A stretch of 61,968 nt of DNA, filler included, from Mitosporidium daphniae (taxonomy: Eukaryota), in the NCBI RefSeq assembly GCF_000760515.2. It is 3 parts of 3 records of this genome, joined end to end, with 100 filler letters (N's around TTAATTAATTAA, not from the genome) between each part and the next. Parts side by side here need not be neighbours in the genome. Positions count along the whole stretch, not along the records: positions 1 to 20,993 come from NW_013546137.1; 2 more parts are not named here. One strand, given 5' to 3'. The first letter of the stretch is position 1. Each line of letters opens with the position of its first letter. Made by a program: the position numbers and the translations under genes. Under the pieces are notes generated by a model, which saw only the letters and a program-made list of their open reading frames with translations, searched no databases and was not told the DNA's origin. This document shows, one piece after another, positions 1 to 10,493 of the stretch.

Positions 1-2160
1 TTGGTGGAAAGAATATCAAAATGGCAAAGGAAATACAAATCTTCGTTGAGAGCCTTGGGGTATGCAATGTCCATCAGACATCCACTAATCGAGCTGGGAA
101 GCCACAATTTACCGCTTTGCGCTGCCAATCCAAAAGAATTCATAAACTCGATCGCCAACACGTGTCATGATTGGAATGCTATCAAGCCATCCCGAAGAAG
201 GCCCCATTTGGATATTCTTTCCACCAACTTTTCCCCCTTTGATTTTCGGATTTCCACGCCCTCCAATTCGACTTTGCAAACTTGCTTTTGTAGTTTGGGC
301 CTTTCCATTAGCTGTGGCAAAAAGAGCCCCGGAATTTTTCCGTGGCTATCCAACATTTCGCTGCTCAAGGATTGCCCGCAATTCTTCCCCCCATCCTTGA
401 ATAGTTCTGAGTGTGTCAATCAGAATTGGATTCGGTATACGATATCTGTTGTGCCGTCTTCGGTGTCCTCAATCATTAGCCCGTGTCCCCACATTTACAG
501 CGTCGTTGCGGAGGGAGACCCATTTTTTATTTTGAAAAACTGTTCGTTCGTTTGGAACGGAACTTGCTCTGCCAATTTGAGCGCAAAATTGAAGACCAAC
601 ATCGAGTTGGCCGCCGTTAATGATTCCAGGAGCTCGCTCCAAGTTATCGCATATTCTGTTGTGCTTATTTCTGATGACCAGCTAGAGCCGCTTTGTGAGG
701 ATCCCATGTTGATGCACGGATCTGTGTCTTGGATTGTCTTTTCTTCTCGGGAAAGTGGCCAACAAATCTCCAACTCTTGTCCTTATCAAGAAAAGCTCGA
801 AAAAATCCTGACCACCAATCACTCGTTTTTGGGGATGATTGGCCTGGGCCACAAGCCGCTTCCAGAAATTCCGGAATGTCTTGAGGATTTTTCGCACGCC
901 GGCGTCCGATTTACCCTTTATTCTAACGAAAATGAAAGCCACACGCGATCTCTTGGTCGCAGGCTGGGCCTTGACTCGGATTGGAATTCATGCATCAATC
1001 TACTGGATGAGGTTGTTGATGGTCGCTTTAAAGAGTGTCCCGCACAAAATATCGCACATTGTGGAGCAGGTAGACCTCTCCCGGTCGGTATTTCTTGCAT
1101 CAGAAACCATTTGCGGTCTGTCGATAACTTGCCCCTGTTGGTGTCTTTATTTTCGTCTTCCACCGTCAAAGAGACATCCCAAATGCTGTCTATTTACTGG
1201 GAATACAACGAAATCCCGATGTTTTGGGGCTCTTCACTTTCGGGGTCCGAACTGCTGCTTCGAGACTCTGCAGCGTTGTCAATTATTGTGGATCCTATCC
1301 CTAGGATGCGCATATCTATGCTCAACGAACCGAGCCTCACCACAGCCAGCTCTTCATTTAACCTATCGATTGTGATCCAACGCATCTATTCGTTGTTGGC
1401 GCCCTCGTTGCTGATGAAGTACAACATGAAGCCATACATCATCACTCAGATGATTCGAGAGGCTCGATTGCTCCAGATGCACTACGAGATGTTCTTTTCC
1501 GTGTATGCAAAGCTGCTATTTGCGTTCTTTGTCAGTGGCGCCGTTTGCGAAAATCAGCTTTCCATCGCGACATTCTGCTTTGGCGTATTTCCTGCCCTTT
1601 CCATCGTTTTGTTGTTCCTTATCGACATTGTACCTGGGGACACCGATGTGATGAAAAAACTTCCAAAAAGAGGCTGGACAACAAATCTTGAAAGCTCGGA
1701 TTACAATGAATACGACCCGGAGCTTGAGAATGTTCCGCACTATTTTTGGTCCACATTTAAGCTGCTCAAATCGTGCGTCTCGCTCGTGGGGATGCTGTGT
1801 TTCTGCCGGTGGAAATATTCGCATGATGTGGCGCTTTTGAACTGCTCCCTTTTTGCGGTCACGTGTCTTTGCACGCTATTTGAAATTGGCTCTCTCAAGC
1901 CGTTGGGGTCCAAAATCTCTCAAAGCTTAATTTTGACCTTGTCTGGCTGGAATGCAGCGTTGTTTGTGATTGTGCATTTTGTTTTTGGCCTGCAGTTTTC
2001 CGTTAATGTGGACATCTTGTACATCATCCCGATGTCGTTCATTTGGTACTATCTAGATGAGGATATGATACATGCGCCGCGTAGGGAGCTTGAGAAGAAG
2101 CTTCAAAAGCTGAGAAAGTTGGAGTTTAACACACGGTTGGGCATGCACTCTCCAATATAA
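1..2160 (+). CDS. TMEM94: TMEM94/KIAA0195-like P-type-ATPase-related membrane protein, 5' partial
   Basis: Motifs GVRFTLYSNENE..LGLDSDWNSCINL, LPVGISCIRNHLRSVDNLPLLVSLF and C-terminal KLEFNTRLGMHSPI resemble TMEM94 (IRFVYFS..MGLETGWNCHISL, LPRGI..HLQNIDNVPLLV, KLQFETKLGMNSPF). Several C-terminal TM segments. The ORF is open at the window start. Confidence 0.85.
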   Translation: MVERISKWQRKYKSSLRALGYAMSIRHPLIELGSHNLPLCAANPKEFINSIANTCHDWNAIKPSRRRPHLDILSTNFSPFDFRISTPSNSTLQTCFCSLGLSISCGKKSPGIFPWLSNISLLKDCPQFFPPSLNSSECVNQNWIRYTISVVPSSVSSIISPCPHIYSVVAEGDPFFILKNCSFVWNGTCSANLSAKLKTNIELAAVNDSRSSLQVIAYSVVLISDDQLEPLCEDPMLMHGSVSWIVFSSRESGQQISNSCPYQEKLEKILTTNHSFLGMIGLGHKPLPEIPECLEDFSHAGVRFTLYSNENESHTRSLGRRLGLDSDWNSCINLLDEVVDGRFKECPAQNIAHCGAGRPLPVGISCIRNHLRSVDNLPLLVSLFSSSTVKETSQMLSIYWEYNEIPMFWGSSLSGSELLLRDSAALSIIVDPIPRMRISMLNEPSLTTASSSFNLSIVIQRIYSLLAPSLLMKYNMKPYIITQMIREARLLQMHYEMFFSVYAKLLFAFFVSGAVCENQLSIATFCFGVFPALSIVLLFLIDIVPGDTDVMKKLPKRGWTTNLESSDYNEYDPELENVPHYFWSTFKLLKSCVSLVGMLCFCRWKYSHDVALLNCSLFAVTCLCTLFEIGSLKPLGSKISQSLILTLSGWNAALFVIVHFVFGLQFSVNVDILYIIPMSFIWYYLDEDMIHAPRRELEKKLQKLRKLEFNTRLGMHSPI

Positions 2161-2214
2161 GCCTGCGCCTCATCCAGTGACCCCTTTGTTGCTTTAATTC
2201 GCTTTATTAATTCC

Positions 2215-3066
2215 TTATCCGCGCATCTTTCTGCGGGTTGATTTGGGCTCATCCTCATTTTTCTTTGCCGAGTTTTTGGCCAAAATGGTGGCCAATCTGA
2301 TGAATATCGAAACGGCATCCATGAAAAGCTTGAGAGCATCTTGCACAGTGTCATGTTGATATTCCGAATTGAAATCCGTGCCACGGTAGCTCTCTTCAGT
2401 GGACTCGATGCGCTCAATTATCACTTGCGTGTCGAAAAGCAGAAATCCGCAGAATGCTATCAGGCCTGCATAAAGATCAATGCTGAACAAAAGCGGAGAT
2501 CCAATAAAAATGTTCATCAGTCCCAGTACGGTGAGCACGGACATGGTAGCCATTAGAAACCCGCCCAGAAACAGAAATGATCTTCGTTGCGAGAAAATCG
2601 CGCTCGATGAGAACGACACGAAAATTAGAGTTGTCAAAAGAAATGCGGTGGGCACGATCGAATCATTTGAGATCGAAACAAGCGTATCAAGCAAAGGCCC
2701 AAGCGACAGCCCATATGCAAACGAAAAGGCACTGAGGAGCCCCACGCGCAGCGTGGCTCGGCTCGGATCGCCTCTAATGAACGGATATCCAAAGCTCAGT
2801 GAAAGAAGTGCAAAAATAGACACCATAAATGACAAGATTCCACCCTGGACATACGGGATCACCTGATAGATGTGAATATATGCTCCTAGGCCGGAGAATG
2901 CCGTGGACGACGCTATGGTGGCATAGGTTCGCGACAGCTGTCTTCTAGTGGCTAGAGACCTAAAATTAAACAAAATCGCATACAAATTAGATGCCTTTGT
3001 AAACGTGACAAATGGGTCCTGGCTGTCACTCTGGGGTCGCTTTGGCGGCGGGGGCGAGGCAGTCAT
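2215..3066 (-). CDS. BI-1: Bax inhibitor-1 (TMBIM6-type) membrane protein
   Basis: 6-7 TM helices; GLSLGPLL, IVPTAFLLTTLIFVSFS, RRSFLFLGGFL, FLLFDTQVIIE, ALKLFMDAVSIFIRL; basic C-tail. Confidence 0.92.
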   Translation of the reverse strand: MTASPPPPKRPQSDSQDPFVTFTKASNLYAILFNFRSLATRRQLSRTYATIASSTAFSGLGAYIHIYQVIPYVQGGILSFMVSIFALLSLSFGYPFIRGDPSRATLRVGLLSAFSFAYGLSLGPLLDTLVSISNDSIVPTAFLLTTLIFVSFSSSAIFSQRRSFLFLGGFLMATMSVLTVLGLMNIFIGSPLLFSIDLYAGLIAFCGFLLFDTQVIIERIESTEESYRGTDFNSEYQHDTVQDALKLFMDAVSIFIRLATILAKNSAKKNEDEPKSTRRKMRG

Positions 3067-3097
3067 TTGATCAAAAAAGTTTAATTTTGCCGGTATT

Positions 3098-3117
3098 TTA
3101 AAATCGGCCGATTTTAA
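3098..3117. promoter_or_regulatory. Perfect 20-bp palindrome in the 50-bp divergent gap between BI-1 and URM1
   Basis: TTAAAATCGGCCGATTTTAA is its own reverse complement. A regulatory role is inferred from position only. Confidence 0.5.
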
Positions 3118-3426
3118 TGAAAGTTACAGCCGAATTTACAGGCGGGCTGGAGTATTTGTTTGGCGGCCACAAGACCATTCCATTGGAGCTCCAATCGCCA
3201 GCATTTATCAGGGATGTTGTTGCAGCCCTTGTGTCTGATCATTTAAAAGAGCGGAAAGAGCTGTTTATTGCAGAGAATACCGTGTAAACTTTCCATTTAA
3301 GGTTTTAGGCGGCCCGGCATTCTCGTCCTTCGCAACAATACAGACTGGGAGCTAGAGGAGGGTCAAGACACGATGCTTTGCGGAAACGACGTTGTCACCT
3401 TTATTTCTACGCTCCACGGAGGATAA
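3117..3426 (+). CDS. URM1: Ubiquitin-related modifier 1 (two exons; not in ORF track)
   Basis: Splicing intron 3284-3308 (25 nt GT..AG) gives [17 protein letters not shown]...[27 protein letters not shown]...[10 protein letters not shown], which has the Urm1 signature motifs and C-terminal di-Gly. Confidence 0.95.
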
Positions 3427-3452
3427 GCGCTCAAATTTCGTGGTTATTTTTG

Positions 3453-4385
3453 ATGATTAAAGTTTTTCCCGTAAAATGCTTAAAGGACAACTATTGCTAT
3501 GTCGTATGTGAAGCCGTCACTCGTCAATGTATGTGCAGTCTGTTCACCTTTTTGCATAGGTCTGTTGGTCGACCCGGTGCAGCCAAAACTCATACTTGAT
3601 CAATTGAAGACACTCGGCATTTCCGATTATTCAATCAAAGGGATCCTGACGACCCATCATCACGATGATCACTCTGGTGGCAACATCGAAATGCTCGGCC
3701 TGATCCCATATCGTGTTCCGGTCTATGGAGGGGATTCCAGGATCCCCGCGCTTTCGCACCATCTCTGGGAAAATGTTGAATTTCCGTTTCCTTCGGCTTT
3801 CAACTCGGTTTCCAGCAATCAAACGGACGTCGGCTCATTCCGGATGTTAACCCTGCTTACCCCCGGCCATACAAAACGGTCCATTTGCTATGCCATCTTT
3901 TCTACCGAACCGGGTGAGGCGATGCACTTGTTTACGGGGGACACGCTCTTTTTGTCCGGATGTGGACGCTTTTTTGATGGCTGTGTCCCTCAAGAAATGC
4001 TATACTCGCTAAGATTATTAAAGTCCTTGTCGACATCTATTGCTCCCAACAAGATATTGGTGTATCCCGGCCACGAATATACGCTAAATAACGTCTCTTT
4101 TGCCCTCACAGTGGACCCTCTCAATTGCGACCTGCAGGTATTTTTGCTTTGGATTGAGAGCGATAGGAACAGTTTCGCTTTATCAAGGGTCTGAAAAACC
4201 CTGTTAGCGTCCCGGGCACGCTTGAAACGGAGCTGAAAACAAATCCTTTTCTTCGTGTGGAGTAAATCTTGTCGTTTAAATTTAGTGATGCTTCGTTCCA
4301 AAAACTGATGGATCAGCATGACCCGCTTTCGCTGCTTACAAAGCTACGTGCGTTAAAGGACCAGTTTGTACCCTTGCCTTTGTAA
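3453..4385 (+). CDS. GLO2: Hydroxyacylglutathione hydrolase (glyoxalase II)
   Basis: DNYCY, TTHHHDDHSGGN, TPGHT, LFTGDTLFLSGCGRFF, YPGHEYT, ELKTNPFLR, LRALKD. Introns 3529-3559, 4138-4166, 4262-4285. Confidence 0.92.
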
Positions 4386-4683
4386 GCCACCGCGCTTTGT
4401 GGATCAAGAACACAGGGAGCCTTTGAGATTCGTCATCAATAAACTTGTGTTGCTCGTTTTTCGTATTTAGCATGCTTACTTTGTTGCCGCATCTTTGGGC
4501 GTACCGCAACAGCTGCGGCAATTAATCGAGGTCCGCTGCACAGCGTTATGGCGAATGTATAGGGCACCTCGACTGGGATGTGCTCTTGTCAAGTCAAACA
4601 ATGGCGGGTTTATTGATCCATAAAAAAGGCCTGGTTCTGCAATTTGCAGAAACTTTGTACGCACGAGGGCTGTTTGTTTGGCT

Positions 4684-7600
4684 TTACAGCATCTTTTGCA
4701 AAATATGAGAAGCCGTTGAAGTCATCGGCGAAGAAAGCTTGATCAATTCTTCCTTGAGCAGCCGAATTTCCTCCTTTAGGTCATTGTTTTCTTGCTTGAT
4801 CTTAACGTGATACTGTAGCTTTTGTTTTGCATTTTGATGCTGGACAAGCTTGTCATTTTCGTCTTTTAAAGTAGCGATTTCCGCGTGCAACATAGTGACA
4901 TCCTAAACGTAAATCCAAACATTGGTACCCTTTTGCTTTCCTCTAATTCGGCACAATATTTGGTCGAATTTTGTTCGAGAACAGCAAACGAACATTGCAG
5001 TTCATTGTGTGCATTTTGCAGCCTGTCTTTTTGTGCAGCCGTGTTTTTCAGCTCAGTGGATAAGCGTAAAGATTCCTAAAAACTTTAAAAACTGCCCATC
5101 AGCAATACGTTGTTGGCATTTTCCAAGGCTACCGAAAAATGGTCAATTTTTGCGTTGGCTGTATCAAGTAGCCCTGATGCCACTTGATGGGCTTCCATGC
5201 TAGCGGTTTTTTCTTCTTCCAAAACAAGAGCCCTGCTTTTGAAAAGATCTCTCTCAGATGATAGGGAGTCGTTTTTTGCACTCAACTCGGATATTTTCAA
5301 AGAAAGAGCCCCGATGTCTTTGGTATATTGGTCCTTTTCTTTGCAAACCTCATTGAGTTGGCTAACGGCATTTTGAAACTTGAACTCCACATCTTCCAAC
5401 GAAGCTTTGACAATGGCCAGGTCTTTGGAGGACTTTTCACAAATCTTGCCCAGATCTGATAGCTCCTCCTTTTTGTGGTCAATTGATTTTTTCGCAGACT
5501 CAAGCAGACCAGATAGCTCGAAGGACCTTTTCACTTCCGTATCAAGTCTCAAGTTGGCACCCCGCAATTCCTGGTGCAAAGCTGCATTTCTTTCGCTAAG
5601 CGCCGATATGTCTTCTTTGAACAAACAAATGGAACGATTGGCCTCTTCGATTTGCACGCTACACTCTGAAAGTCTCAACTGGTGATCGGAAATCGCAGCT
5701 TCCCGAGCTTTTAGCTTTTCAGTGCAAGCCAGAAGGGTGGACTCTAATTGCTTCATCGCGACGTCCTTTTCACCCAATGCCTCTTCAAGTCTTTTTGAAT
5801 GCGAACTAATATGGTTGATCTGCTCAATAGATAGCTGAAGCTTGGTTTTTAGCTCCACATTTTCATCTTCGCTCAATCTCAATTCCGACTTGGCACACGC
5901 CAAGTGGCCAGAGATGCTCTCCACCGACTCCTCAAGGGTGGATATTTTTACGCAACACGTGCCAAGCCTGGCCTCTGAATTGAAAAGCTTCTCTTCCAAC
6001 ATCGAACATCTGTCCAAAGATGCAAGTCTGGAAGTTTCTGCAGCGGATACTCTTGCCTCGATTGTGGAAATCGATTGGTGAGCACTTGACAGAGCCACCT
6101 TTAACTTGCAATTTTCATCCTCCAATGATGCATTGGATATCCTCAAAGCGGACAATTGGTCTTCAAGCAAGGCACAAGAGGCTAGCAGCTTTTCCTTTTC
6201 CGCAATGGCGTCAGATGCCTTTTTCTCTGCCTTTTCAAGAGATGCAGTTAACGTCGAGATAGCTTCCATTGCCAAAGTACTGCTTTCGTCTTTGCCAAAT
6301 TTTGGGCAAAGAGACTCCTCGGGAAGATCTTCTGAAGAGCTTGCTAGCCGTTTAATGGAAACCACTTTGTTGTCCGTAAACGAAGATAAAAGGGCTTCGA
6401 GCCTTTGTATTTCCATTTCCTTAATGCCAAGTTCGGTCTGAAGCTCTTCAAAGTCTTCAGAAGAGCCATTCGACGCACGTATCGAGTCAATCTCATCTCT
6501 CAGCATTTGATTTTGGATCTGAAGGTTTTCTATTTTATCGTTTTGCTCACTGGCATGGTCGTCAATCTGCATCGGATATTCCTTTGCTGTGCTTTGCCGT
6601 CTCAGAACATTTTCTGCAGCCTCTATTGCAGCAGCAGAATTTTCTTGTTCCCTTGCCAAATATTGATCGAGTCCCAAAGAAAATGCCTCTAGCGATTGGA
6701 TGCGAGCCGTCAATTGAGAATTTTCATAAATGAGCCTAGATATTTCAGGATTCATTTTCTGCATACGCTGGTACTCCAACACTTCTGCCTCAAGGCGCGA
6801 AACGATGTCCGATTCTGGGCTTGAACCGCCTTTTTTCAAGGCAGAGATTTCGGACTCTCTGAATTTGATAATCATCCGTTCACTTTGAAGCTGCTGGTCT
6901 TTCTTAGAAAGGAGGTCTTCCGTCATTTCCAACCTCAATTTGAGGCTCTTGAGTTCTGCCCCAAGCTTGACGATGCTAGAAAAGTCTCTCGAATTGGGTC
7001 CATCGCTTCCGATGGCCATGCTGGTGGACTGCTTCCCTAAAAGTGCATCCTTTAGCCTGCAAATCTCTGCTTGAAGAGCGCCGACGTTTCCGAGAATATC
7101 CTTATTGACGATGGCAGTGTTTTTTACAAGTTTTGCACGTTGGGCAAACCTCAGGCTAGATATGATCTCTGCATACGCAGAAAGAGATGGCGACACATTG
7201 GTAATTATCAGGGTTTTGGCGTTTCCTCCAAGCGAATCTTTCAAAAGGAATGTCAACTTGGAGTCCCGATATGATATATGCTGTCTTTTTGAGCCTGGTA
7301 TGGCCGAATAGTTGACATCTAAATGGATTAGAAATTCAAAGTTAGCCACTGGGTTCGGTGTTTGTTGGACTTGTTGCAACAAGGCCATTCATCACATTGG
7401 CTAAGGCAAGTAACGATTTGTTGATCGCTCCAGCCTCTCGGAGCCTGGCACCGGACGTTTGGGCTAGCGACTGTCGCTCGCTTCCCGCCAAGTCAACAAG
7501 GTTAAATCGAGAATCTCGAACGTCAGTCATGCCGGTGTTTGGATCTGTTGTTCGAGATTGAATGTGCAGGGTGAAGACAGAATGGCTTCTACTGCTCTCT

Positions 7601-8433
7601 TTGTTCAAAGCGGTGGCCCCGACTGTTCGATTTCTTGCCCCCATCGCAAGTATCTTTGATAACAACAACCAAATTTACCTCAAGAGCCTGCGAAGCTGTT
7701 GTGGCCCGCATCTCCAAAGCCCCTTCAACAAATACGCTCTTTTTAACGACATCTTCGCGCAGAGCTATGAAATGTTGAAAAGGTAACATACTGCATGTAG
7801 GAATGGCAGAATCCAAAAGGTCATAAACANCCTCATTGTAAATCTCAATCATCGAGCATTTGCAGATGTACTGAACAGAAGCCTATTGCAAATGCATCAA
7901 ACGGCCAAATAAAGTACCTCTTTTTCTGCATTGCTGATTGAATCGAACATGTACACCAGTATTCTGGGAATAATTCCAGAAACTGCAGAATCTAATTGCG
8001 GCGAAAGATTTTCAAACATACCTACGCAGCTATCAGTAATGTTTGGACCGAGCATGGTATAAGTCTTTCCAGAGCCCGTTTGGCCATATGCAAAGATCGT
8101 TGCATTATATCCTTGAAGGCAATATTCGGTCATGTTTTTCCCAATGTAGGAAAAAATCTGCTCCTGCGTCGTAGATGGGCCTCCAACGTAATCAAATGTT
8201 TGCTGCTCAACACGACCCCCGCTCAGGCCTATTGATGGGTGCCGTAGCAATAAAGAATTATTTCCCTCCACTGAAAGACACTGCAGAGAGGATGCCGATA
8301 TTTCGGCTTCAGATAAAGGCCGAATTCGGATGAAAATCTTGATATTTTCAGCGGCACATGTGGCTTGGCTCGAAAAGAGCGTCGTTGGCTCAGATTGTGT
8401 CCTAGCATGTGAAAACAAATTGCAGCCTTACAT
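4684..8433 (-). CDS. KIF15: Kinesin-12 (KIF15/Xklp2-like) motor with long coiled coil; multi-exon
   Basis: Motor motifs IFAYGQTGSGKTYTM, ESSRSHSVF, LVDLAGSER, HISYRDSKLTFLLKDSLGGN. About 750 aa of coiled coil. C-terminal HQNAKQKLQYHVKIKQENN resembles the KIF15/HMMR tail. The start codon is probably split by intron 8402-8431. Confidence 0.8.
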
Positions 8434-8553
8434 CGATGGCCAGTTTATTAAAAGTTGAAATTGTCTGGGACTTCAATTTAAAATATCATTGAAATGTCCT
8501 TGAGAATGACATTTTAAATTGCGGTTTATTGATTTAGGGTTAGGATTAAATTA

Positions 8554-10461
8554 TCAAGATGCCGAAAACTCGCTGGGCAATGGCCGCTTCACGCCAGCCC
8601 TAAATGCAGCTTTTCGTTCGATGGCGGCTCTTTCTGATTTTGTTCCTTGAGAAGATGGATGCCCGCCATAAATTACAGAAAGAGATCCGACTTCACCTGG
8701 AGTCTCTCGAAGGCCAAAAGATTTTGCATAATGCCCCAAGTGCAATTTTTTGGGGTGCACTCCGGCTCGTCTAATAGATATGGGATAGGTGGCATATGCT
8801 CTAAGGGACGCTATGAACGCTTTTTTTGCCTTATCCAAAAGAGTCATTTCCCGAGTACAAATATCGTGGTTGGGAGTTTTTCTGTTCTCATTGCTGCCTG
8901 AATAGATGGTTGAATCGATGATGGAAATCCATTTGTAGCATTCGGATCTTTTGTCAAATGCCGTGTTGTCCTCTTCATCTTTTACACTAAAAGACTGATC
9001 GATTTTGAGATTTTGGGGACAAATTTTTTCATCACAATCGTCGGACGCACTGGACAAACACAAAGCAGAACGAATCGGCTCCTCTTCGTTTGGCATCAGA
9101 AGCAATACGGCGTCCCCGCTACCTTGCCACCGAGCGGTGCGGCCAATTTTGTGCTTGTATTCGGACAAATCAAGCGGTGCATCCCATTGGAGGACAAGTT
9201 GTAGTTGCGGGAAATCGAGGCCTCGAGCCCCCACACTTGTAGTGATGAGAAGAAAGCTTTCTGACGACGAAAATTTCCTAAACTCCTCGATAACATGTGC
9301 CCTTTGAGTTGATGTCTGAGAACCGTGAAGCTTGAATATCTTGGTGTTGAGGAGGGCATTGTGGTTGATGTCTGTGCATGGCGGGCTTTTGGATTGAGGA
9401 TAGTTTTTNGAAGAAGGNGCGGTATTTTTAGACGCTGGCTCTTGCCTGGCCCTCCCTCCTTCACCGGCAGCGAGCTTTCCATTCCTTTCTTCGACGGAAT
9501 TCCTATCTACGAGGGAAGTTAGCAGCGAATACAAAAATTCAACCGTGTCGCAAGTAGATACAAATAAAATCGATTGAATGTGCGGCTTTTTCTTGATATT
9601 TTTGGACTCAACTAACGGGTTTGCTTGGATGCCGTTACCGATATTACTGCCGGTGCCCTTCCATCGTGAAAATAAGGACAAAAGAGCAGCCAATCTGTAC
9701 TTTGTTGGGATGGTGGTTATCCATTGATTTAAATTCGAAGTCTTCTGCATGCACTGCTCCTCTTTCACGGGCTCAACATCATGAGGCAGCGGCTGCCGAA
9801 TAGCATGGGATTTTTCCTTTGCCAGAGAAATCAACACACTATCAGAAGAAAGGGGGAAGCCTCCGATTTCAGAAAGTCGCTTGGGCAAAGTTGCAGAAAC
9901 AAGGACAAGCTTCCAACCGGTCCTATTTCGTTTGGAATCGATTAGGGAAAGTAATGTTTTCAGTGTTTCCTTGGCGTTTTTGTCATACAGGTACCTGTCA
10001 GCCTCTTCGATGACAACCCACTTTAGCTTTGTCAGATTCCATGAGGACGTCTTTTCAAGATGATCTGCAAGCCTTCCAGGCGCTCCAATGACAATTGAAA
10101 CGCCCGACCGCAATCTTGCCTTTTCTTTTTGACGAGAGCTGCCCGAAAGCAAGGCCCCACACACAAAATGCGGAAGTTTTCTGGAAAATTTTGAGGAAAC
10201 AGTCTCAAGTTGAACTGACAGCTCGCGTGTAGGAGTGATGATAAGCGCATGAGTACCCTCTGTTCTGGTACTGTCCACCAACTCGTTGACAATAGGAATC
10301 AAATAGGCAAGGCTTTTTCCAGACCCAGTGGGACTTGATATTAACAGGTCCTTTTGCAGCTTTGGGTTTTTCTCCAACACCAGCTGCTGGATCGGCGTGA
10401 GAAACGGAAACCCAAATTTATCTCGTAGTACCACCTGAAGAGAATTATGAAGGCATTCCAT
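8554..10461 (-). CDS. DBP7: DEAD-box RNA helicase Dbp7/DDX31
   Basis: PTGSGKS, PTRELS, QKEKARLRSG, GRLADHL, SAT, ARGLD, GRTAR, LHLGHYAKSFGLRE, terminal SEF. Confidence 0.9.
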   Translation of the reverse strand: MECLHNSLQVVLRDKFGFPFLTPIQQLVLEKNPKLQKDLLISSPTGSGKSLAYLIPIVNELVDSTRTEGTHALIITPTRELSVQLETVSSKFSRKLPHFVCGALLSGSSRQKEKARLRSGVSIVIGAPGRLADHLEKTSSWNLTKLKWVVIEEADRYLYDKNAKETLKTLLSLIDSKRNRTGWKLVLVSATLPKRLSEIGGFPLSSDSVLISLAKEKSHAIRQPLPHDVEPVKEEQCMQKTSNLNQWITTIPTKYRLAALLSLFSRWKGTGSNIGNGIQANPLVESKNIKKKPHIQSILFVSTCDTVEFLYSLLTSLVDRNSVEERNGKLAAGEGGRARQEPASKNTXPSXKNYPQSKSPPCTDINHNALLNTKIFKLHGSQTSTQRAHVIEEFRKFSSSESFLLITTSVGARGLDFPQLQLVLQWDAPLDLSEYKHKIGRTARWQGSGDAVLLLMPNEEEPIRSALCLSSASDDCDEKICPQNLKIDQSFSVKDEEDNTAFDKRSECYKWISIIDSTIYSGSNENRKTPNHDICTREMTLLDKAKKAFIASLRAYATYPISIRRAGVHPKKLHLGHYAKSFGLRETPGEVGSLSVIYGGHPSSQGTKSERAAIERKAAFRAGVKRPLPSEFSAS

Positions 10462-10493
10462 GGGTTTCAAAAAATTAATTTTCCAAAAATTAA

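Noticed and set aside
4472..4483. ATGCTTACTTTG as the 5' end of U1 snRNA
   Set aside because: It mismatches ACTTACCTG, and no U1-70K loop, U1A loop or Sm site follows.
8534..8544. TTAGGGTTAGG telomere-like sequence
   Set aside because: It is under two repeat units and internal to the contig; too short to call a telomere or a binding site.
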